The notes beneath the pieces are model-generated. The model saw nothing but the letters and a program-made list of their open reading frames with translations, did no database searches and was not told the DNA's origin. This document shows, piece after piece, positions 57,080-64,000 of a DNA stretch of 64,000 nt. The DNA is from a virus: IMG/VR virus record IMGVR_UViG_3300020469_000010. One strand, given 5' to 3'. The position numbers were made by a program, and so were the translations under genes. The first letter of the stretch is position 1, and the number at the start of each line of letters is the position of its first letter.

Positions 57080-59571
57080 ATTTCTATACCAATGTCCAAA
57101 TGATCGGAAACAAGTTTTTGTTTCGTGGTTATGAGGATGGTAAACGCGTGATGTACAAAGAAGAGTTTTCACCAACTCTCTTTGTACCTTCTAAAAGTAA
57201 AACCAAATATAAAACTCTTGATGGTGAGTATGTTGAAAAAATTCAACCAGGTTCTGTAAGAGATTGTAGAGAGTTCTACAAAAAATATGAGGATGTACAG
57301 GGATTTGCAATCTATGGCAATGACAGATATATTTGCCAATATATTTCTGATAAGTATCCTCAAGAAGAAATTAAGTTTGATATCAACAAAATTCAGTTGG
57401 TAACACTTGATATTGAGGTTTCTTCTGAACAAGGATTTCCAGATACACTTTCTTGTTCAGAAGAAATTTTATGTATTACAGTTCAGGACTATGCCAGCAA
57501 GCAAATCTATACTTGGGGTGTAAAACCTTTTGAAGTAAAACAAGATAATGTTAAGTATTTTCATTGCAGTACAGAGAGAGGAGTTCTTCAGACATTTCTT
57601 GATTGGTGGGATGCAAATCCACCGGAAGTTGTTACTGGATGGAATTTACAACTCTATGATATTCCTTATATCTGTGGAAGACTAGATCGTGTCCTAGGTG
57701 AGAAGCAAATGAAAAGGTTCTCTCCTTGGGGATTAGTATCTCAGACTGAGGTGTATATTGCTGGACGAAAGCATATTGCATACGATATTGGTGGAATCTC
57801 CCAATTAGATTACATGGATCTTTATAAGAAATTTACTTATAAAGCACAGGAATCATATCGTCTAGATCACATTGCTAATGTAGAACTTGGGCAAAAGAAA
57901 CTCGATCACTCCGAGTTTGAAACATTCAAAGATTTCTATACTGGTAACTGGCAAAAGTTTGTTGAATATAACATCATTGATGTGGAACTTGTTGACCGTC
58001 TGGAAAGCAAGATGAAACTGATTGAACTTGCTATTACCATGGCATATGAAGCTAAGGTAAATTATAATGATGTGTTTTATCAGGTAAGAACTTGGGATGC
58101 AATTATCTACAATTATCTAAAAAGAAGGGATATTGTTATTCCTCCAAAAGTTGGTGGAAGTAAATCTGAAAAATATGCTGGTGCTTATGTAAAAGAACCT
58201 ATCCCTGGTAAGTATGATTGGGTAGTTAGTTTTGACCTTAACTCACTGTACCCACACTTGATAATGCAGTATAATATTTCACCAGAAACTCTTCTGGATG
58301 AAAAACATCCTACTGTAAGTGTGGATAAAATATTGAGTAAAGAACTTTCTTTTGATCTGCATAGCAACTATGCAGTATGTGCCAATGGTGCCATGTATAA
58401 AAAGGATGTTAAAGGGTTCCTTCCTGAATTGATGGAAAAGATGTACGGTGATCGTGTCATCTTTAAAAAGAAAATGCTTAAGGCAAAGCAGGAATATGAA
58501 AAAAATCCAACTAAAGCACTTGAGAAAGAGATTGCCAGATGTAACAATATTCAGATGGCTAAAAAGATTTCACTCAACTCTGCTTATGGTGCTATCGGTA
58601 ATCAGTATTTTAGGTACTATAAACTGGCCAATGCGGAGGCGATTACGCTTTCTGGTCAAGTCTCTATCCGTTGGATTGAGAATAAGGTAAATGGATATCT
58701 AAATAAACTCTTGCAGACAGAGGAAGTCGATTATGTTATCGCATCCGACACCGATTCAATTTATCTTAATCTTGGACCTCTTGTTACTAAATTTTTTAGT
58801 AACATGTCTGATAATAAAACAAAGATTGTTGGAATACTTGATAAGATCTGTGAAGACAAGTTGGAACCATTCATCGAGTCCTCTTATCAGGAACTTGCGG
58901 ATTATGTTTCGGCATATGAACAAAAAATGCAAATGAAACGTGAGAATATTGCGGATCGTGGTATTTGGACTGCCAAGAAACGTTATATTCTTAATGTTTG
59001 GGATAGTGAAGGTGTTCGATATGATGAACCTAAACTAAAAATCATGGGTATCGAAGCAGTAAAATCATCAACACCTGCACCATGTAGGACAATGATTAAA
59101 GATGCCTTGCAGTTGATGATGAATGGAACTGAAGAAGATGTTATTGAATTTATTGATAAGAGTAGAGCAGAGTTTAAAAAACTAACTCCTGAGGAAATTG
59201 CTTTCCCACGATCTGCATCTGATGTTGAAAAATACAAATCTTATTCATCAATTTATTCTAAAGGAACACCAATTCATGTAAGAGGTTCTCTACTCTTTAA
59301 TCACTACATTAAGAAGAATAAGTTGGATCGTAAGTATTCTCTTATCAATAATGGTGAAAAAATTAAATTTATTTATTTGAAGAAACCGAATATCATTCAT
59401 GAAAATGTAATCTCTTTTATTCAAGATTTTCCTCATGAACTTGATCTTGACAAATACATTGATCATGAGTTACAATTTCAAAAGGCATTCCTTGATCCAG
59501 TAAAAACTATTTTGGATTCTATTGGTTGGTCATGTGAAAAAGTTGTCACTCTAGAATTATTTTTTGTGTAA
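57076..59571 (+). CDS. gp43: Family B DNA polymerase gp43
   Basis: DIE exonuclease motif, SFDLNSLYP, KISLNSAYG, SDTDS, KKRY. Confidence 0.98.
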   Translation: MNFYTNVQMIGNKFLFRGYEDGKRVMYKEEFSPTLFVPSKSKTKYKTLDGEYVEKIQPGSVRDCREFYKKYEDVQGFAIYGNDRYICQYISDKYPQEEIKFDINKIQLVTLDIEVSSEQGFPDTLSCSEEILCITVQDYASKQIYTWGVKPFEVKQDNVKYFHCSTERGVLQTFLDWWDANPPEVVTGWNLQLYDIPYICGRLDRVLGEKQMKRFSPWGLVSQTEVYIAGRKHIAYDIGGISQLDYMDLYKKFTYKAQESYRLDHIANVELGQKKLDHSEFETFKDFYTGNWQKFVEYNIIDVELVDRLESKMKLIELAITMAYEAKVNYNDVFYQVRTWDAIIYNYLKRRDIVIPPKVGGSKSEKYAGAYVKEPIPGKYDWVVSFDLNSLYPHLIMQYNISPETLLDEKHPTVSVDKILSKELSFDLHSNYAVCANGAMYKKDVKGFLPELMEKMYGDRVIFKKKMLKAKQEYEKNPTKALEKEIARCNNIQMAKKISLNSAYGAIGNQYFRYYKLANAEAITLSGQVSIRWIENKVNGYLNKLLQTEEVDYVIASDTDSIYLNLGPLVTKFFSNMSDNKTKIVGILDKICEDKLEPFIESSYQELADYVSAYEQKMQMKRENIADRGIWTAKKRYILNVWDSEGVRYDEPKLKIMGIEAVKSSTPAPCRTMIKDALQLMMNGTEEDVIEFIDKSRAEFKKLTPEEIAFPRSASDVEKYKSYSSIYSKGTPIHVRGSLLFNHYIKKNKLDRKYSLINNGEKIKFIYLKKPNIIHENVISFIQDFPHELDLDKYIDHELQFQKAFLDPVKTILDSIGWSCEKVVTLELFFV

Positions 59572-60311
59572 TGAGATTACCTGTTAAAATTCATCAACCA
59601 TTTGGACCTTATATTCTAGAAACAACTTGTCCAAAGGAGTTGATAGATGCTTTGAATAAAAAGATAGAAGATGTCTGCTCAGATCCCGAAGAGATGGAAA
59701 AGTATTGCTCTTCTAAAAAAAATGTTCCCAATTTACTTTTAAGAGATATTGAAGTAATTTATTTCGCAGAAAACTTTCTAAAAGAAATTGGATTTGCTGA
59801 TTTTGTTGAAACACTTGGTGATTACTACATAGAAAATGCAGACAATACTGATCATTATGGGCATTCATCTGTAAAACTTTCTATTATTCCTACTGATTCT
59901 AGTTTTCATAGCATGTTCAAATTATGCGGAGATATTCGTTATGCTGATGCCTGGGTCAATAGATATTATTCTGGTGACTTTACTCCATTACATGATCATG
60001 GATCTGATCTTGCAGGTATTGTTATTCTAAAAGTTCCTGAGGACTTGCATGAAGCTAACATAAAAAATAGGGATAGTGAAGATGATTCCACTGAGGAAAG
60101 AATGGGTGGTAATGTGCAATTCATTAATGGTCCTTCCCGTGCTTTCTCTCCTGGGGAATATATGCCAGACCAAGAAGTGGGAAAAGTTCTTTTATTTCCG
60201 AGTTGGGTGCCTCATTTAACATATCCACTTCCAGTTAATTCCGAAAGGAGAACTTTAAGTTTTAATCTGGGGTCAGAACATGAATATCGAAATAGATTTA
60301 CTGCAAACTAA
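59571..60311 (+). CDS. Putative 2OG-Fe(II) oxygenase
   Basis: AWVN...GDFTPLHDH, LLFPSWVPH..YP, RRTLSFN. Confidence 0.8.
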   Translation: MRLPVKIHQPFGPYILETTCPKELIDALNKKIEDVCSDPEEMEKYCSSKKNVPNLLLRDIEVIYFAENFLKEIGFADFVETLGDYYIENADNTDHYGHSSVKLSIIPTDSSFHSMFKLCGDIRYADAWVNRYYSGDFTPLHDHGSDLAGIVILKVPEDLHEANIKNRDSEDDSTEERMGGNVQFINGPSRAFSPGEYMPDQEVGKVLLFPSWVPHLTYPLPVNSERRTLSFNLGSEHEYRNRFTAN

Positions 60312-60328
60312 ACTACGGATTAATTATT

Positions 60329-61333
60329 ATGGATTTTTTAAAAGATATTGTAAAAGAGATTGGAGATGACTACACAAAACTCGCAGCAGACATTGACGAC
60401 TCTGAAACATTTGTTGATACAGGTTCGTACATTTTTAACGGACTTGTTTCAGGGTCTATATTTGGTGGCGTATCTGGGAATAAGATTACTGCCATTGCTG
60501 GTGAGTCTAGTACTGGAAAAACTTTTTTCTCTCTTGCCGTCGTCAAAAATTTTCTGGATTCTAACCCTGATGGGATGTGCTTATATTTTGACACTGAAGC
60601 GGCTGTTAATAAGTCTTTACTCTCAAGTCGTGGGTTAGATCTAAATCGAACCGTAGTAATGAATGTGGTCACAGTAGAGGAGTTCAGGCAAAAGGCACTA
60701 AAGACTGTTGACCGATACTTAAAAGATCCTGAAGACGAACGCAGACCACTGATGTTTGTGTTAGACTCTTTGGGGATGCTTTCCACTGAGAAAGAAATCA
60801 ACGATGCACTTAATGATAAGCAGGTTCGTGATATGACGAAATCTCAACTTATCAAAGGTGCTTTTCGTATGCTCACTCTCAAGTTGGGTCAAGCAAAAAT
60901 CCCAATGATAGTTACTAATCACACCTATGATGTCATCGGATCTTATGTACCTACGAAAGAAATGGGAGGAGGTAGTGGCCTCAAGTACGCTGCTAGTACT
61001 ATCATCTACCTTAGTAAGAAAAAGGAAAAGGATGGAACGGAAATCGTCGGCAATCTTATCAAAGCTAAGACTGCTAAGTCGCGTTTAAGTAAGGAGAACA
61101 AAGATGTCACAGTACGCCTTTATTATGATGAGCGGGGTCTTGATCGGTATTTTGGCCTCCTGGAGTTGGGTGAGATAGGAGGTCTATGGAAAAATGTTGC
61201 CGGTCGTTATGAAATGAACGGTAAGAAGGTTTATGCTAAGGCAATTTTAAAAGATCCAGAAGAATATTTTACACCTGAGGTTATGGAACAACTTGATCAA
61301 ATCGCAAAAAAGGAATTTAGTTATGGAAATTGA
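60329..61333 (+). CDS. uvsX: RecA-like recombinase UvsX
   Basis: AGESSTGKT, FDTE, LDSLG, TNHTY, MGGGSG.KY.AS. Confidence 0.96.
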   Translation: MDFLKDIVKEIGDDYTKLAADIDDSETFVDTGSYIFNGLVSGSIFGGVSGNKITAIAGESSTGKTFFSLAVVKNFLDSNPDGMCLYFDTEAAVNKSLLSSRGLDLNRTVVMNVVTVEEFRQKALKTVDRYLKDPEDERRPLMFVLDSLGMLSTEKEINDALNDKQVRDMTKSQLIKGAFRMLTLKLGQAKIPMIVTNHTYDVIGSYVPTKEMGGGSGLKYAASTIIYLSKKKEKDGTEIVGNLIKAKTAKSRLSKENKDVTVRLYYDERGLDRYFGLLELGEIGGLWKNVAGRYEMNGKKVYAKAILKDPEEYFTPEVMEQLDQIAKKEFSYGN

Positions 61334-62021
61334 TCAGTCGTTCCCCTGTTTTCCCATTCCAGTTTCAATTTATAATTTTGGGCAAGATTCTCATGAATTG
61401 AATATCAAAGTTACTAATGATATTCTTGATGAAATGGATTACTTTAACAATAAAGGTATACTACGAAGTAATCTTGGTGGATGGCATAGTGATGATATGT
61501 CTCATCATGGAAGTTTCCAAATGTTATGCAATCATATTGAGAAATGTCTTGATGAATTTTGTAACACATACGGATATTATGGTGATCTTAAGATAAATCA
61601 TATCTGGGGAAATGTAAATAAAGCACAGAATTATAATTTGATGCATCATCATGGATTAAGTACTCTGACTGGAGTATACTATCCGGTACAGTGTGTCCAA
61701 GATAATAAACTTATGTTTAACTATAAAGAACAAGTATCTCTTAATGCTGGAATTGGGGATGAATCTGAAGATGGTGGTGCTTTAATACTTCAAGACCCTA
61801 ATTTTGGTCTTAAAACTACTTTGGTATCGAAGGAACGAACTCCATTTAATATTAGTCATTATCACTTATATCCAGCTGCTGGAGTATTATTAGTATTTCC
61901 TCCATACCTTCTTCATACTGTAACCCCACATTATAAAGATGATTATGATAGAGTAAGCATATCTTTCTCATGCGACTACCCACCTGACGCTCCAAAGAAT
62001 AATCCTAATGGAAACTATTGA
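61323..62021 (+). CDS. Putative 2OG-Fe(II) oxygenase (TIGR02466-like)
   Basis: RSNLGGWHS, WGNVN....N..HHH...LTGVYY, LLVFPPYLLHTV.P, RVSISF. Confidence 0.82.
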   Translation: MEIDQSFPCFPIPVSIYNFGQDSHELNIKVTNDILDEMDYFNNKGILRSNLGGWHSDDMSHHGSFQMLCNHIEKCLDEFCNTYGYYGDLKINHIWGNVNKAQNYNLMHHHGLSTLTGVYYPVQCVQDNKLMFNYKEQVSLNAGIGDESEDGGALILQDPNFGLKTTLVSKERTPFNISHYHLYPAAGVLLVFPPYLLHTVTPHYKDDYDRVSISFSCDYPPDAPKNNPNGNY

Positions 62022-63384
62022 AATTTTAATTTTAAAAAATCTTCTTCACTCTGAGGAATACGGCAGAAAAGTTCTTCCCTTTATTAAAAAAGATTACTTT
62101 GAAAATTCTTCTCAGCAAATTGTATTTGAGGAAATTTCAAAGTTTCTTATTGAGTATAACAAACTTGCTAGTAAAGAGATTCTTTGTATTGAGATTGAGA
62201 ATAGAAGTGATATTAATGAAGATTCATTTAAAGAAGTTATTAGTGTTGTCGATCAGTTAGAAGAAATTACTAGTGAACTTTCTTGGTTAATTGATACTAC
62301 TGAAAAATGGTGTCGTGATCGTGCCATTTACTTAGCATTGATGGAATCGATATACATTGCTGATGGAAATGATAAAGATAGAAATCGTGATGCTATTCCA
62401 TCTATATTATCTGAAGCTTTAGGAGTAAGTTTTGACAATCATGTAGGTCATGATTACCTCAATGATTATGAAGAAAGGTATGAATCATATCATCGTAAAG
62501 AAGATAAGATCGAGTTTGACTTGGATTATTTCAATAAGATTACGAAAGGTGGTCTTCCTAATAAAACACTCAATATTGCTCTTGCTGGGACTGGTGTCGG
62601 TAAGTCTCTTTTTATGTGTCATATGGCTTCTGCTAGCCTTCTTTCTGGTAAAAACGTATTGTATATTACTATGGAGATGGCTGAAGAAAAGATTGCCGAA
62701 CGCATAGATGCAAATCTTTTGAATGTACCAATTCAGGAAATAACTGATCTTCCTAAAGTTATGTTCGAGAATAAGGTATCAAATCTTGCAAAGAAAACTC
62801 AAGGTACTCTTATAATTAAAGAATATCCAACTGCATCTGCACATAGTGGACACTTTAGAGCACTTCTTAACGAACTTGCACTTAAAAAATCATTTAGACC
62901 TGATATTATTTTCATTGATTACCTTAATATATGTGCTTCCTCCCGTTATCGCGGAAACAGCACTGTCAATTCATACAGTTATATTAAGGCTATTGCAGAA
63001 GAACTTAGAGGATTGGCTGTCGAATCAAACGTCCCTATCGTATCTGCCACGCAGACCACTCGTTCAGGTTATGGTAGCAGCGATGTTGAGCTCACTGATA
63101 CTAGTGAGTCCTTTGGCTTGCCTGCTACTGCTGATCTTATGTTTGCCCTTATCTCTTCTGAGGAACTGGAAAACTTAGGTCAAATTATGGTCAAGCAGTT
63201 GAAGAATCGATACAACGATCCTACAATGAATAAAAGGTTTGTTGTTGGTATTGATCGTGCAAAGATGAGACTGTATGATTGTGAACAGACTGCTCAAGAA
63301 GACATCATTGACAATGGGCAGGATGAGGAGTATAATAATGAAGAAACAAAAGCAAAACGAGCATTTGAGGGATTTAAATTTTGA
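62008..63384 (+). CDS. gp41: Replicative DnaB-like helicase gp41
   Basis: LAGTGVGKSL, ITMEM, IDYLNI, ATQTTRSG, SESFGLPATAD, QLKNRY. Confidence 0.97.
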   Translation: METIEILILKNLLHSEEYGRKVLPFIKKDYFENSSQQIVFEEISKFLIEYNKLASKEILCIEIENRSDINEDSFKEVISVVDQLEEITSELSWLIDTTEKWCRDRAIYLALMESIYIADGNDKDRNRDAIPSILSEALGVSFDNHVGHDYLNDYEERYESYHRKEDKIEFDLDYFNKITKGGLPNKTLNIALAGTGVGKSLFMCHMASASLLSGKNVLYITMEMAEEKIAERIDANLLNVPIQEITDLPKVMFENKVSNLAKKTQGTLIIKEYPTASAHSGHFRALLNELALKKSFRPDIIFIDYLNICASSRYRGNSTVNSYSYIKAIAEELRGLAVESNVPIVSATQTTRSGYGSSDVELTDTSESFGLPATADLMFALISSEELENLGQIMVKQLKNRYNDPTMNKRFVVGIDRAKMRLYDCEQTAQEDIIDNGQDEEYNNEETKAKRAFEGFKF

Positions 63385-63791
63385 ATAATAAAGTAAACAC
63401 TGACGCATATCTTGAGTTTGTCAATGCGGTTACGTCACCTCAGAGTCAAAGTTATTATGATTTCTCCAATCGCATTTCCGAACTTCATGATCAAGGATTT
63501 CCTACCGAGCGACTGCTTACTGCTGCTGTAGGTATGTCTGCAGAAGCAGGTGAATTTACTGAGATTGTAAAGAAGATTGTTTTCCAGGGCAAACCCGTTA
63601 ATGAAGAAAATCTGTTTCATCTGAAACGGGAACTTGGTGACATCATGTGGTATGTTGCTCAGGCATGTATGGGTCTTGACACTTCTCTCGATGAGATCAT
63701 GGAGATGAATGTGGACAAACTCAAGTCCCGTTATCCTGGTGGTGACTTTGATGTTCACTATTCTGAAAATCGTAAAGAGGGAGACCTATGA
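63381..63791 (+). CDS. mazG: MazG-like nucleotide pyrophosphohydrolase
   Basis: GMSAEAGEFTEIVKK, ELGDIMWY, N..KL..RYP. Confidence 0.92.
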   Translation: MNNKVNTDAYLEFVNAVTSPQSQSYYDFSNRISELHDQGFPTERLLTAAVGMSAEAGEFTEIVKKIVFQGKPVNEENLFHLKRELGDIMWYVAQACMGLDTSLDEIMEMNVDKLKSRYPGGDFDVHYSENRKEGDL

Positions 63792-64000
63792 GACTATTAA
63801 CACTTGAAGATTATCAAAAGGCAGGAGAAACATTCTGGCCTAAGTATTGGTATGTTGCTAAAGAACTTGGAGAGAATGCTAAAACCGAAGACATCCTGAA
63901 AGTTATGGAAGCAGTCGGTGGAATTGCAATGAAGTTTGCATTAGAAGAAAAAGAAGGACCATTTGGATTTAATAATAAGACTGAAAAAACCGAATCTTAA
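63788..64000 (+). CDS. Hypothetical protein
   Basis: ATGA overlap with the mazG stop; SD GAGG; stop falls at the window end. Confidence 0.6.
   Translation: MRLLTLEDYQKAGETFWPKYWYVAKELGENAKTEDILKVMEAVGGIAMKFALEEKEGPFGFNNKTEKTES

Noticed and set aside
27923-63384. Introns or inteins in gp17, gp20, gp23, gp46, gp43, uvsX or gp41
   Set aside because: All are continuous, of normal length, and lack intein or homing-endonuclease motifs.
503-63758. Many other minus-strand and out-of-frame ORFs of 60-150 aa
   Set aside because: They overlap recognisable + strand genes, show no motifs, and are expected shadow ORFs.
1-64000. tRNA, rRNA or photosystem genes
   Set aside because: None recognised, and the intergenic gaps are short and accounted for. 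tRNAscan-SE would confirm.

Overview
A 64 kb, AT-rich segment of a T4-like myovirus, almost certainly a marine cyanomyovirus. All credible genes are on the + strand. 1-38.8 kb is the late morphogenesis region: baseplate gp7-like and gp8, a 2714-aa VrlC-like protein with a Pro/Lys-rich insert, neck gp13-15, terminase gp16 and gp17 separated by a ~10 kb variable island, sheath, tube, portal, protease, scaffold, major capsid and gp3. 38.8-64 kb is the recombination/replication region: uvsY, uvsW, gp55, gp47, gp46, gp45, gp44, gp62, regA, gp43, uvsX and gp41, with accessory genes between them (sulfotransferase, HNH, metallopeptidase-vWA plus CobS/MoxR AAA, speD, purC, DNA adenine methylase, hsp20, 2OG-Fe(II) oxygenases, mazG). 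Main observations: (1) two nested phycobiliprotein-like helical domains, with the bilin-site Cys kept, inside a 1587-aa fibre-like virion protein; (2) three copies of the gp44 3' end bracketing a nuclease and purC like gene cassettes; (3) a candidate protease-processed internal-head polyprotein next to a gene with a T4-type capsid-targeting sequence; (4) a ROSE-like RNA thermometer ahead of hsp20; (5) two promoters with an identically spaced upstream motif and no good -35. All family calls are motif recognition from memory; no searches were run.
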